Source: an uncultured Dysgonomonadaceae bacterium | Lineage (GTDB): Bacteria; Bacteroidota; Bacteroidia; Bacteroidales; Dysgonomonadaceae | Length of the DNA: 57,539 bases | Direction: 5' to 3' | Assembly (NCBI GenBank): GCA_964444915.1 | Contig: CAYUIY010000001.1 | Span: 1-57,539, forward strand | In this document: positions 40,825 to 50,987 of the stretch, piece by piece | Numbering within the stretch: position 1 is the first letter of the stretch | Layout: every line of letters begins with the position of its first letter | Program-made: the position numbers and the translations under genes | The notes under the pieces: generated by a model | Seen by the model: the letters and a program-made list of their open reading frames with translations, nothing else | What the model was told of the DNA's origin: nothing | The model's database searches: none

Positions 40825-42724
40825 TAGCAAAAATCCATATGCTAAACGCAAATACATTATTGCCTTGATTGCGGTGGGTGTGATGGTTGTATATATTTTC
40901 CGATTGTTTTATTTGCAAATTTTAAGTCCCCAATATCGTGAATTTGCTGACAGTAATGCTTTCTTGCGAAAGATGCTCTATCCTGCACGGGGGGCCATAT
41001 ATGACCGTAATGGGAATTTGCTTGTTTACAATCAACCCACGTACGATGTAATGATGGTCGTGCGTGAGATGGGTGAGTTCGATACACTTGATTTTTGCAA
41101 TACACTGAATATCGACGAATCTACCTATCAAAAGCTGGAAGCAGACATGAAAGATAGGCGAAAAAACCCAGGATATTCGTCCTATACGCCTCAACTTTTT
41201 ATGTCGCAACTAACGGTTGAGCAATATGGATTGTTGCAAGAAAAGTTATATAAGTTTCCGGGAATATATATTCAAAATCGTACACGAAGGCAATATAAGT
41301 ATCCCAATATGGGCGTTATTCTAGGATATATTGCTGAAGTCGATAAAAATGCATTGGAATCTGACCCCTACTATGTCAGAGGCGATTATATTGGAAAATC
41401 GGGCATAGAATTGTCGCATGAGAAAGACCTTAGGGGAGAAAAGGGAGTCGAAATTTGGTTGCGAGATGCAAGAGGACGCTTACAAGGTCGTTATAAAGAT
41501 GGCGCAGAAGATAAAGCTCCCGTCTCGGGGCGCGATCTTACACTCAGCATTGATATCAATTTGCAAGCATATGGTGAATATCTTATGCAGAACAAAATTG
41601 GATCAATCGTGATGATTGAACCAAAAACCGGAGAAATAGTATGCATTGTATCTTCGCCAAGTTATGATCCTGCTATTTTGACGGGAAAAGATTTTGGCAG
41701 AAATTACCTTGAATTGGAACGAAATCCTTATAAACCCCTTATTAATCGTGCTGTAGCGGGAATGTATCCGCCGGGTTCTACTTTCAAACCTTCTCAAGGT
41801 GCTGTTTTTATGAAAGAGGGAATAATTACGATGGAGACACGATACAGTTGTTTTCATGGTTATCCTCCTTTGGGTGGGCGTCCGGCTTGTCACGGTCATG
41901 CATCGCCGTTATCCATAGTACCGGCATTAGCTACTTCGTGTAATTCGTTTTTCTGTTACGGTTTGAACGCGATGTTGAGTAACAGAGAAAAATATACCGA
42001 TGTAAATGAGGCTTTTGATGTGTGGAAGAGTTATTTAAACAAGATGGGGTATGGTGATAGACTTGGTGTTGATCTTCCTTCAGAAAAGAAAGGATTTATC
42101 CCAAACAGTAAGTTTTACAATAAAGTATTGAAAAGAAATAATTGGAATGCGCACAATATTATATCTATTGCAATAGGACAAGGAGAAATTTTGGCAACGC
42201 CTGTGCAAATAGCTAATTTTGCCGCTGTTGTGGCAAATCGAGGGTATTATTATGTGCCTCATGTGGTACGTGAGCGTAAAGGAGCTCCTTTAGATACACT
42301 TTATACCCGGAAACGCTATGCGGATATTGATCGCTCTATTTTTGAAATAATAGCACAAGGTATGGCAAATGCTGTTACGGGGGGGACTTGTCGTACAGCC
42401 AATTTATTACCTGAAATTGAAGTGTGTGGAAAAACCGGAACTTCTCAAAATCCGCACGGCGATGATCACTCTCTTTTCATGGGTTTTGCCCCCAAAGATA
42501 ACCCTCGTGTGGCTATTGCGGTGATTGTAGAAAACGGACGATTCGGGGCTAGCAATGCTGTGCCCATTGGAAGGCTTATGCTTCAGAAATTTTTTAACGA
42601 TTCCATACCCGAAACAGATAAATGGCTTGAGAATCGAATTATAAATACAACTATTCTTCCCCATATATACAGTCGAGAACTTTCGATCGTTAAAAACGAT
42701 TCGCTTCAAAACAAAGATAATTAG
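40814..42724 (+). CDS. mrdA: Penicillin-binding protein 2
   Basis: RGAIYDRNG; YPPGSTFK (SxxK), SCN and KTGT motifs. Confidence 0.96.
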   Translation: MEYNSKNPYAKRKYIIALIAVGVMVVYIFRLFYLQILSPQYREFADSNAFLRKMLYPARGAIYDRNGNLLVYNQPTYDVMMVVREMGEFDTLDFCNTLNIDESTYQKLEADMKDRRKNPGYSSYTPQLFMSQLTVEQYGLLQEKLYKFPGIYIQNRTRRQYKYPNMGVILGYIAEVDKNALESDPYYVRGDYIGKSGIELSHEKDLRGEKGVEIWLRDARGRLQGRYKDGAEDKAPVSGRDLTLSIDINLQAYGEYLMQNKIGSIVMIEPKTGEIVCIVSSPSYDPAILTGKDFGRNYLELERNPYKPLINRAVAGMYPPGSTFKPSQGAVFMKEGIITMETRYSCFHGYPPLGGRPACHGHASPLSIVPALATSCNSFFCYGLNAMLSNREKYTDVNEAFDVWKSYLNKMGYGDRLGVDLPSEKKGFIPNSKFYNKVLKRNNWNAHNIISIAIGQGEILATPVQIANFAAVVANRGYYYVPHVVRERKGAPLDTLYTRKRYADIDRSIFEIIAQGMANAVTGGTCRTANLLPEIEVCGKTGTSQNPHGDDHSLFMGFAPKDNPRVAIAVIVENGRFGASNAVPIGRLMLQKFFNDSIPETDKWLENRIINTTILPHIYSRELSIVKNDSLQNKDN

Positions 42725-42729
42725 GTATT

Positions 42730-44187
42730 ATGTATCTGAACAGCGGAGAAATAAAAGATAAAGGACAAGTAGATCGACTAACTGTGTTGATGTACGTGTT
42801 TTTTCTTATTCTCGGTTGGCTTAGTGTATACGCTGCAAGTTATGATATTGAAAATGCGGTAAGTTTGTTTGATTTGTCCGAGAGAGCAACAATGCAACTG
42901 GTGTGGATAGGTACTTCTCTTATATTGGCTTTCGCATTGCTCAAAATTGATACGGGATTTTATGAAACATATGCTTTTGTTTTTTATTTGGTAGGTCTTG
43001 TTCTGCTCATTGTAACTTTTATTGTGGCTCCCGAGATTCATGGATCGCGTTCGTGGTTGGTATTAGGACCTGTGCGACTTCAACCGGCCGAATTCATGAA
43101 ATTTATTATCGCTTTGGCGTTAGCTAAGGTATTTAGTTTATATGATTTTCGGTTGATGGAATGGAAAAATTTATTACTTATCTTTTCTATCTTATTGCTT
43201 CCGTTTCTTTTTGTTGTTTTACAAAGTGAAACCGGTACTGCACTTGTTTATTTGAGCTTTCTCTTGGTATTTTTCAGAGAAGGATTACCTGGAGGCGTTT
43301 TGTTTGTCTTTGTAGCTGCAATTGTCTATTTTGTACTTGGAATTAAGTTTTCGGATACCCAAATAGGTTTGTTTTCATTGGGTGAGTTTATCACGCTTAT
43401 TCTCATTATTTTATTTACTACGGTACTGGTGAGAAATTATGTAAAACGAAAAGAAGTTGTTTATACCATTTTAGGAATATCGGCATCAGTTTTTTTAATT
43501 GCTTATTTTCTTAGTTTCTTTGGTGTAAAAATAGATTGGGGACTCGTTGCACTTATTGCATTGGGAACGGTAATTTTGTATTTGTCATACCTTTTTTTCT
43601 TATATAGAAAAAGAGTGTATGTATACATGTTGGCTTTTGCAATTGGATCTTTTGTTTTTTTGGAATCGACAGAATATGTGTTTAACGATGTTCTACAACC
43701 ACATCAGCGAATACGAATTGAAGTGGCATTAGGTATGAAACAAGATTTTCGAGGAGCTGGTTATCATGTTGGGCAATCAAAAATAGCAATTGGATCGGGC
43801 GGTTTTTTAGGCAAAGGATTTTTGAAAGGAACGCAGACCAAATTAAAATATGTACCTGAACAAGATACCGATTTTATTTTTTGTACGATTGCTGAAGAAG
43901 CAGGATTTGTGGGAGCGAGCATCGTTTTGATTTTATATTTGTGTTTTATTCTTCGGCTTATTTATCTGGCGGAACGACAAACTACAACCTTTGGACGAGT
44001 TTATGGCTATGGAGTGGTGAGTGTTTTTCTTTTTCATCTCATTATTAATATCGGCATGGTAATTGGAATTATGCCTGTAATTGGAATTCCTTTGCCTTTT
44101 TTTAGTTATGGAGGATCTTCATTGTGGGGCTTTACTTTTTTGCTTTTTATTTTTCTACGATTAGATAAATCTCGGCGCAAGAAATGA
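42730..44187 (+). CDS. rodA: SEDS peptidoglycan polymerase RodA
   Basis: QPAEFMK, IAIGSGG, PEQDTDFIF and GIPLPFFSYGGSS motifs. Confidence 0.96.
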   Translation: MYLNSGEIKDKGQVDRLTVLMYVFFLILGWLSVYAASYDIENAVSLFDLSERATMQLVWIGTSLILAFALLKIDTGFYETYAFVFYLVGLVLLIVTFIVAPEIHGSRSWLVLGPVRLQPAEFMKFIIALALAKVFSLYDFRLMEWKNLLLIFSILLLPFLFVVLQSETGTALVYLSFLLVFFREGLPGGVLFVFVAAIVYFVLGIKFSDTQIGLFSLGEFITLILIILFTTVLVRNYVKRKEVVYTILGISASVFLIAYFLSFFGVKIDWGLVALIALGTVILYLSYLFFLYRKRVYVYMLAFAIGSFVFLESTEYVFNDVLQPHQRIRIEVALGMKQDFRGAGYHVGQSKIAIGSGGFLGKGFLKGTQTKLKYVPEQDTDFIFCTIAEEAGFVGASIVLILYLCFILRLIYLAERQTTTFGRVYGYGVVSVFLFHLIINIGMVIGIMPVIGIPLPFFSYGGSSLWGFTFLLFIFLRLDKSRRKK

Positions 44188-44253
44188 AACTATTGTATTT
44201 ATTTTTGACAATCAACTTTTCTGCGTACCTTTGTAAGGTATTTTATATTAAAC

Positions 44254-44757
44254 ATGATGAAGATTATCTGTTTTATTTTAATTGAGTTAGCCATTTTACA
44301 AAGTTCATGTTCAAGTGAAAAAACAAACGACAAAAGTATAGTTGCAAATTCAAAAACTTTTTCAGCTTCACAATTCAACCAAAACAATCCCCAATCTGTT
44401 GCAGTTAGTGAAAATTTTTATGATTTTCTTGAGAAATTCAGTACCGACAGAATATTCCAGTTAAAACGTATTGTTTTTCCTATTAAAGCTGTTGTGTCTG
44501 ATCTTGATGATGAAGAAGAAGGAATCATTCTTAAAGAAGAAATAATTCAAAAGCAAGAGTGGGAACATCTGGATCTTACTTATGATAGCACTTACATAAC
44601 CCGCGAGTGTGATCAATATTATCAAGATGTTCTTTTTGAGCCCGATTCGGCTATTGTGGAGCTTCGAGGAATTAATAACGGTATTTATGCCAATTATTAT
44701 TTTAAACGAGAAGGCGGACAATGGTATTTGGTTGCGTTAGAAGAAACTTCGTTTTAA
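44254..44757 (+). CDS. DUF4348-like lipoprotein
   Basis: Lipobox-like QSSC; ENF.DFL.KF..D..FQ..RI.FP and Y.FKR..G.W.L motifs. Confidence 0.7.
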   Translation: MMKIICFILIELAILQSSCSSEKTNDKSIVANSKTFSASQFNQNNPQSVAVSENFYDFLEKFSTDRIFQLKRIVFPIKAVVSDLDDEEEGIILKEEIIQKQEWEHLDLTYDSTYITRECDQYYQDVLFEPDSAIVELRGINNGIYANYYFKREGGQWYLVALEETSF

Positions 44758-44768
44758 CAGGGTTAAAT

Positions 44769-45248
44769 TTAAAAGTGCATTTTTTCCCCAAAGTTTAACG
44801 GAAGAAGGTCTTTTATGCTATCCACCATATAAATGCTATTTTCGCCATACATGATTATTTGTATTGGCGTTTTAAATCGATTTTCTGTTTCTAAAAGAAC
44901 CTGTCGGCAAGCACCACATGGGGTAATGGCATTTTTGGTGAATTTTCCTTCGTGAAAAGCCGCAATAGCGAGTGCTGTGATTCTTTTTTCGGGATAATTG
45001 GCATTAGCAAAGAACACCGCGATGCGTTCTGCACACAACCCTGAAGGATAGGCGGCGTTTTCTTGATTGTTAGCTGATAGAATGGTGCCGTCGTCAAATA
45101 AGACTGCAGACCCTACCCGGAAAGTTGAGTAAGGTGCATAAGCATATTGTGAAACTTTTTTTGCTTCTTCTATAAGTTTTTTTTCGATTTTGGAGCACTC
45201 CTCTATTCGATAAACTCTTATCTTTGTAATCAGATTAATTTCGTTCAT
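44769..45248 (-). CDS. cdd: Cytidine deaminase
   Basis: AYAPYS.F.VG, NQENA, CAER and PCGACRQ motifs. Confidence 0.96.
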   Translation of the reverse strand: MNEINLITKIRVYRIEECSKIEKKLIEEAKKVSQYAYAPYSTFRVGSAVLFDDGTILSANNQENAAYPSGLCAERIAVFFANANYPEKRITALAIAAFHEGKFTKNAITPCGACRQVLLETENRFKTPIQIIMYGENSIYMVDSIKDLLPLNFGEKMHF

Positions 45249-45287
45249 TTTAATAATAAATTATTGATTTTTTTCGGATATCGTGTA

Positions 45288-46223
45288 ATGACATTCTTTA
45301 GAGACAAATATAAATATATTTCGCCTGTCTATTTTGTTTTGGCGGCTTTATTTTTTTCCGCGGGGGTTTATGGGCAAACAAAGATAAAAGCTTATGAGGC
45401 TTATATTAAGAAATACAGCGATATAGCTATAGAACATATGCAAAAGTATCGTATTCCTGCGTCTATCACCTTGGCTCAAGGATTATTGGAATCGGGAGCA
45501 GGCATGAGCGACCTGGCACGCTATTCCAATAATCATTTTGGAATTAAATGTCACCGTAATTGGAGGGGGCCGGCTGTGTACGCTCCGGATGATGGTCCTA
45601 ACGATTGTTTCCGGAAGTATAAAACAGTAGAGGATTCATACCGGGATCACGCAGAGTTTTTAGCATATGGAAGCCGCTACAAAGTATTGTTTGATCTTCC
45701 GATTACAGATTACAAAGGTTGGGCTCGTGGTCTTCAGACTACGGGATATGCAACCGATAAGGCTTATGCGAATAAACTTATTAAATTGATTGAAGATTAC
45801 GAATTGTATCGGTTTGATGATAGAAGTTATCAGAAAAAGTACAAAGAAGAAGCCAGGTCGTTTTCTCCTGAGTCTGAGGGTTGGAAACACCAGCCTTATA
45901 AAACACATGGTTTAGTATATATAATTGCGGTAGAAGGCGACACCTATGCGAGCATTGCAGAAGAATTTGGGTTTAAAGAAAAAGATTTATTGAAATATAA
46001 TGAGGTTCCAAAAGGTTTTCCGTTGAACGAAGGTGATATTGTTTATTTTCAAAAGAAAAAGAGTAAAGCTGATGAACCTTATTATCAACACGTTGTAAAA
46101 GTTGGCGAATCAATGCATAGTATTTCCCAAAAGTACGGCATTCGACTTCGCAATTTGTATCGTTTAAATAAAAAAAATTATAGTTATGTTCCCGAAGAAG
46201 GGGATGTGCTTAAATTAAGATAA
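45288..46223 (+). CDS. GH73 glucosaminidase with C-terminal LysM domains; start moved to the ATG
   Basis: LAQGLLESG, NNHFGIKC, GYATD motifs; two LysM repeats. Confidence 0.92.
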   Translation: MTFFRDKYKYISPVYFVLAALFFSAGVYGQTKIKAYEAYIKKYSDIAIEHMQKYRIPASITLAQGLLESGAGMSDLARYSNNHFGIKCHRNWRGPAVYAPDDGPNDCFRKYKTVEDSYRDHAEFLAYGSRYKVLFDLPITDYKGWARGLQTTGYATDKAYANKLIKLIEDYELYRFDDRSYQKKYKEEARSFSPESEGWKHQPYKTHGLVYIIAVEGDTYASIAEEFGFKEKDLLKYNEVPKGFPLNEGDIVYFQKKKSKADEPYYQHVVKVGESMHSISQKYGIRLRNLYRLNKKNYSYVPEEGDVLKLR

Positions 46224-46230
46224 AGTATAT

Positions 46231-46824
46231 ATGAAGTATAACACGCAACAGAAACGATTGATTTTGCCTGAATACGGTAGAAATATTCAGAATATGGTTG
46301 ATTATTGTGTTTCTCTTCCCGACAGAGAAGAACGAAAAAAATGTGCTCAGGCGGTGATAAATATTATGGGAAATATGTTCCCACATTTACGTGATGTAGA
46401 CGATTTCAAACATATTTTATGGGATCATTTAGCCATCATGTCAGATTTTAAACTCGATATTGACTATCCCTACGAAGTAGTTAAAAAAGAGGAATTGAAT
46501 ACCCCTCCGGGACGTATCGAATACAGTCGTTCTACCATGAAGTATCGTCATTACGGTAAAATTTTGGAAAAGATGATTAAAATTGCCACCAATATGGAAG
46601 AAGGCAAAGCAAAAAATCATCTCATCGATATGTTGACAAGTCAAATGAAACGATCATACATTCAATGGAATAAAGAGGTAGATGATGCGAAAATTTTACA
46701 AGATTTGTATGAATTATCAGACGGGAAAATAAAATTGAATGCATCGACTTATTCTATTCCGGAAATAAAAACGAATGGTTTTGGTAAGAAAATGAAATCC
46801 GTCAAAGCTCAACGAAAACGCTAA
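46231..46824 (+). CDS. DUF4290 domain protein
   Basis: YNT...L.LPEYGRNIQ.MV and LWDHL.IMS.F.LDID.PY motifs. Confidence 0.88.
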   Translation: MKYNTQQKRLILPEYGRNIQNMVDYCVSLPDREERKKCAQAVINIMGNMFPHLRDVDDFKHILWDHLAIMSDFKLDIDYPYEVVKKEELNTPPGRIEYSRSTMKYRHYGKILEKMIKIATNMEEGKAKNHLIDMLTSQMKRSYIQWNKEVDDAKILQDLYELSDGKIKLNASTYSIPEIKTNGFGKKMKSVKAQRKR

Positions 46825-46832
46825 ACGTACCT

Positions 46833-47354
46833 ATGATATTTCCAGAAAATGTTGTTCAAATCGGACAGTTATTAAAACCTTATGGGATAAAAGGTGAGAT
46901 GCTTCTCCTTTTTGATAGAAAATCGTATTCCGATATTGATACATCGTATTATTTTCTAGAAATCGATGGCATTTTTGTCCCTTTTTTTGTAGAGGAAATG
47001 TGTTTCACGAGTGATGTGACGGCACGAATAAAATTTGAAGATGTGGATGATGTAGATACTGCAAGTAGATATAGTGACCTCCGCGTTTATCTTCCTAAGG
47101 AAAGCGTAAAAATCATAAACGATAAAACGGTAACCAAATGGGATTTTTTTGTCGGTTATAGCATGATGGATCGGACTTTAGGAGATATAGGTGCGATTGA
47201 TGCAGTGGATGACTCTACTATGAATGTGCTTTTTGTCGTGACAAAAAATGATAGGGAATACTTGGTTCCCGCTACAGAAGATTTTATTCTCGAGATTGAT
47301 GAACCGAGAAAAATTCTTCATGTAGATCTTCCTCAGGGGTTAATTGAAGAATAA
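46833..47354 (+). CDS. rimM: Ribosome maturation factor RimM
   Basis: IG...KP.GIKGE, VPFF, L.P..FI..ID and LPQGL motifs. Confidence 0.93.
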   Translation: MIFPENVVQIGQLLKPYGIKGEMLLLFDRKSYSDIDTSYYFLEIDGIFVPFFVEEMCFTSDVTARIKFEDVDDVDTASRYSDLRVYLPKESVKIINDKTVTKWDFFVGYSMMDRTLGDIGAIDAVDDSTMNVLFVVTKNDREYLVPATEDFILEIDEPRKILHVDLPQGLIEE

Positions 47355-48405
47355 ACCTAAAAACGTTATTTCTTTTGTGCCTTTTTTATGTCTTGAAAAT
47401 GTAAGCGTTGGCTATTTTATTCGAAAGAAACCTTTTTTTGTGCAGCAACAGCTTAATCTTTCTGCTCAAAAAGGCGAATTAATTGCTTTGATTGGCAACA
47501 ATGGATGTGGAAAATCTACTTTGTTGCGCTCCATTGCATATCTCCAACCTCTTTTATCAGGAAAAATTTTCATTGAAAATAAAAATATAGCCACAATAAC
47601 TCCTAATGAACGTGCTCGGTTAATTTCTATAGTACTTGTGGGACAACAGGCAACAGCATCGTTTACGGTTCGTGAACTGATTGCCATTGGTCGCGATCCA
47701 TATACCGGATGGTTTGGTAATTTATCGGCAAGTGATGAATCAATCATTGAATGGTCTATTGAAATGACCAACTTAAAGGGTTTTGAAAATCGGAATATTC
47801 ATGAGCTTTCGGATGGTGAACGACAACGAGTTTTCATTGCCCGCGCATTAGCACAAGATACTCCTTTGATTTTGTTGGATGAACCCACTTCTCATCTTGA
47901 TTTATCCAATCGTGTCAAGATTTTGCTTTTACTTCAAAAACTAGCACACAAAACCGGTAAAATTATTCTTATTTCAACGCATGAATTAGAAACAGCCATG
48001 CAGGTTGCCGACAAAATCTGGTTGATGCAAAAAGGGAAAGACATTATTGAAGGTTCGCCGGAAGATCTGATTATAAACGGAACATTTAATGAGGCTTTCA
48101 AAGATAAATCATCGTTATATCAATTCGATAATGAACTAGGAATATTTGTAATTCAACACAATTCGGGGGGTAAAGTAAAATTTTCTCCCTCCAAAAACGA
48201 TAAACTTCTTGACAAATGGACACTTAAAGCATTACAACGTCGGGGGTTTTCTGTTGGCAATAAGGCTTCGGTAGAAATAAGACCTCAAGCCGAGCAGCGC
48301 AATTGGCTTATTTTTTCCGGTGGAAAATCATTCATTGCCAATACTATAAGCGAGATGCTGGAATATGTGGATGAGTTAACAAACGTTCCTTCTAACTACT
48401 TGTAA
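47344..48405 (+). CDS. ABC transporter ATPase, cobalamin/iron-siderophore (BtuD/FecE) type
   Basis: GNNGCGKS, LSDGERQR, LLDEPT.HLD and STH motifs; start codon uncertain. Confidence 0.88.
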   Translation: MKNKPKNVISFVPFLCLENVSVGYFIRKKPFFVQQQLNLSAQKGELIALIGNNGCGKSTLLRSIAYLQPLLSGKIFIENKNIATITPNERARLISIVLVGQQATASFTVRELIAIGRDPYTGWFGNLSASDESIIEWSIEMTNLKGFENRNIHELSDGERQRVFIARALAQDTPLILLDEPTSHLDLSNRVKILLLLQKLAHKTGKIILISTHELETAMQVADKIWLMQKGKDIIEGSPEDLIINGTFNEAFKDKSSLYQFDNELGIFVIQHNSGGKVKFSPSKNDKLLDKWTLKALQRRGFSVGNKASVEIRPQAEQRNWLIFSGGKSFIANTISEMLEYVDELTNVPSNYL

Positions 48406-48459
48406 ACAGAAATGAATTTTACTATCTTTGCGAACTTAACAGGCGTTGCGTCTTAAAAA

Positions 48460-49623
48460 ATGGGAGTAAGGAAACGAAAAATAGCCATTTTAGGTTCTAC
48501 GGGGTCTATCGGAACACAGGCTCTAGAGGTGATTCAGCTACATCCGGATCGTTTTGAGGTGTTTGCTCTTACGGCAAATAATCATGTGAAACTTTTGGTT
48601 GAGCAAGCGCGTAAATTTCTTCCTGAAATAGTAGTGATTGCCAACGAAGAAAAATATACCGATGTAAAAGAAGCACTGTCTGATTTGCCAATAAAAGTGT
48701 GGGCGGGAAGCGATGCTATCTGTCAGATGGTACAAAGCGAAGCTATTGATATTGTACTGGCAGCAATGGTTGGTTTTGCGGGGTTAAAACCAATAATTTC
48801 GGCCATAAAAGCAAGGAAGACCATTGCTTTGGCAAATAAGGAAACCTTGGTAGTTGCCGGAGAGCTGATTATATCAATGGCATTAGCATATCGTGTTCCG
48901 ATTTTACCTGTCGATTCGGAACATTCAGCTATTTTTCAATGTTTAAACGGCGAAGGTTGCAACAAAATCCATAAAATCATTCTTACTGCCTCAGGCGGAC
49001 CATTTCGTACTTTTTCAATAGAGGAATTGGCAAAAGTCACCAAATCACAAGCATTGAATCACCCCAATTGGAAAATGGGTGAAAAAGTAACCATTGATTC
49101 GTCTACGCTAATGAATAAAGGTTTTGAAATGATTGAGGCTAAATGGCTTTTTGATGTAGATCCTTCGGATATTGAAGTAGTAATACATCCGCAATCGATA
49201 ATTCATTCTATGGTGCAATTTGAGGATACTTCTATTATTGCTCAACTTGGTCAACCCGACATGCGGATACCCATTCAATATGCGTTGTCTTATCCTGAAC
49301 GGCTTAAATTGAATATTAAACCTTTGGATTTCACTGAAATATCAACTCTTACGTTTGAAAAAATCGATTGCAATAAATTTAAAAATTTAACATTTGCATA
49401 TCAGGCGATCGAAATGGGAGGGAATATGCCTTGTATACTCAATGCAGCCAACGAAATTGCTGTGGAGTCATTTTTACAAGAGTCAATCGGTTTTCTTCAA
49501 ATGAGCGAAATTATTGAAAAAACCATGCAAAAAGCAACGTTTGTGAAAACACCCGATTTAGACGATTATTTTCGTACCAATCTTGAAGCAAGAGCCATTG
49601 CTTCTGAATTTATTAAAAAGTAA
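48460..49623 (+). CDS. dxr: 1-deoxy-D-xylulose-5-phosphate reductoisomerase
   Basis: LGSTGSIG, LANKE, PVDSEH, HPNW.MG and NKGFE motifs; own -7 box at 48423..48430. Confidence 0.98.
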   Translation: MGVRKRKIAILGSTGSIGTQALEVIQLHPDRFEVFALTANNHVKLLVEQARKFLPEIVVIANEEKYTDVKEALSDLPIKVWAGSDAICQMVQSEAIDIVLAAMVGFAGLKPIISAIKARKTIALANKETLVVAGELIISMALAYRVPILPVDSEHSAIFQCLNGEGCNKIHKIILTASGGPFRTFSIEELAKVTKSQALNHPNWKMGEKVTIDSSTLMNKGFEMIEAKWLFDVDPSDIEVVIHPQSIIHSMVQFEDTSIIAQLGQPDMRIPIQYALSYPERLKLNIKPLDFTEISTLTFEKIDCNKFKNLTFAYQAIEMGGNMPCILNAANEIAVESFLQESIGFLQMSEIIEKTMQKATFVKTPDLDDYFRTNLEARAIASEFIKK

Positions 49624-49653
49624 TAATAAATCACTGGAAATTTGTAGAATTTA

Positions 49654-50976
49654 ATGGAAACGTTTTTAATTAGAGCTTTGCAATTGATGATGAGTTTATC
49701 TATACTCGTCATCGTACATGAGTTCGGGCATTTTATTTTTGCACGCATCTTCAAAATTCGCGTCGAAAAATTTTATCTTTTTTTCGATCCCGGTTTTGCT
49801 CTTTTTCGATATAAGCCTAAAAATAGTGAAACAGAGTATGGCATTGGTTGGTTACCATTGGGAGGTTATGTGAAAATAGCCGGCATGATCGATGAATCTT
49901 TGGATAAAGAACAGATGGCGCAACCCCCTCAACCTTGGGAGTTTCGTTCTAAACCTGCATGGCAACGACTGTTGGTAATGATTGCCGGGGTATTGTTCAA
50001 TATTATTCTTGCATTTGTGATTTATGCAATGGTGCTTTTTACATGGAACGATACCTATTTACCCCTGAAAAATGTACATATGGGAATGGAATTTAGCGAA
50101 GTAGCACATAAGGTAGGGTTTCAGGACGGTGATATTTTATTGAAGGCAGACAATAAAGAATTGGAACGTTTTGGTGTGAGTACACTTCTTGATGTAGTCA
50201 ATGCTCGGGAGGTAACTGTGCTGCGAGATGGACAAGAGGTAGTGATACCGATTCCTGACAATTTTATGAATGAATTGATGGCAGCAAAAGAAGGCTTTGC
50301 TACGTATCGTTTTCCTACAGTAGTGGCAGAAGTACAAGAGGGAACCGGAGCAGCTAAAGCCGGATTGCGTTCGGGGGATAGTATAGTAGCTATAAATGGT
50401 GTTCCGACTCCGGCTTTTACCGATTTTAAAAGAGAATTAGAGCGAAATAAAAATCAGGAAATCGTCATTGAATTTTATCGAAACGGTATAGTCAATACAA
50501 CAATTGCTCAGGTTGATTCCACAGGATTATTGGGGTTCTATCCTAAATCGCCTATGCAAATATATCAACCGGTAACTATTCGCTATAACTTCTTTGAGGC
50601 GTTCCCTGCCGGAATAAAGATGGGAATTCAAACGCTGAAAGATTATGTAAATCAGTTTAAATATGTATTTACCAAAGAAGGCGTTTCCTCATTGGGTGGA
50701 TTTGGAACTATTGGTAGTTTATTTCCACCTGTCTGGGATTGGCATGCATTTTGGATGATGACTGCATTCCTTTCCGTAATTTTAGCATTTATGAATATAC
50801 TCCCAATCCCGGGATTGGATGGGGGGCATGTACTGTTTTTGCTTTGTGAAGTAATTTCCGGCAAAAAGCCCAGCGAAAAATTCTTGGAGTATGCTCAAAT
50901 TGCAGGTATGATCTTTTTGTTGGCTTTGGTTTTGTATGCTAATGGAATGGATATAATTCGAGCCATATTTAAATAA
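49654..50976 (+). CDS. rseP: Intramembrane zinc metalloprotease RseP
   Basis: HEFGH, PLGGYV, PDZ domain, NILPIPGLDGG. Confidence 0.96.
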   Translation: METFLIRALQLMMSLSILVIVHEFGHFIFARIFKIRVEKFYLFFDPGFALFRYKPKNSETEYGIGWLPLGGYVKIAGMIDESLDKEQMAQPPQPWEFRSKPAWQRLLVMIAGVLFNIILAFVIYAMVLFTWNDTYLPLKNVHMGMEFSEVAHKVGFQDGDILLKADNKELERFGVSTLLDVVNAREVTVLRDGQEVVIPIPDNFMNELMAAKEGFATYRFPTVVAEVQEGTGAAKAGLRSGDSIVAINGVPTPAFTDFKRELERNKNQEIVIEFYRNGIVNTTIAQVDSTGLLGFYPKSPMQIYQPVTIRYNFFEAFPAGIKMGIQTLKDYVNQFKYVFTKEGVSSLGGFGTIGSLFPPVWDWHAFWMMTAFLSVILAFMNILPIPGLDGGHVLFLLCEVISGKKPSEKFLEYAQIAGMIFLLALVLYANGMDIIRAIFK

Positions 50977-50987
50977 GTTGGAAAAAT

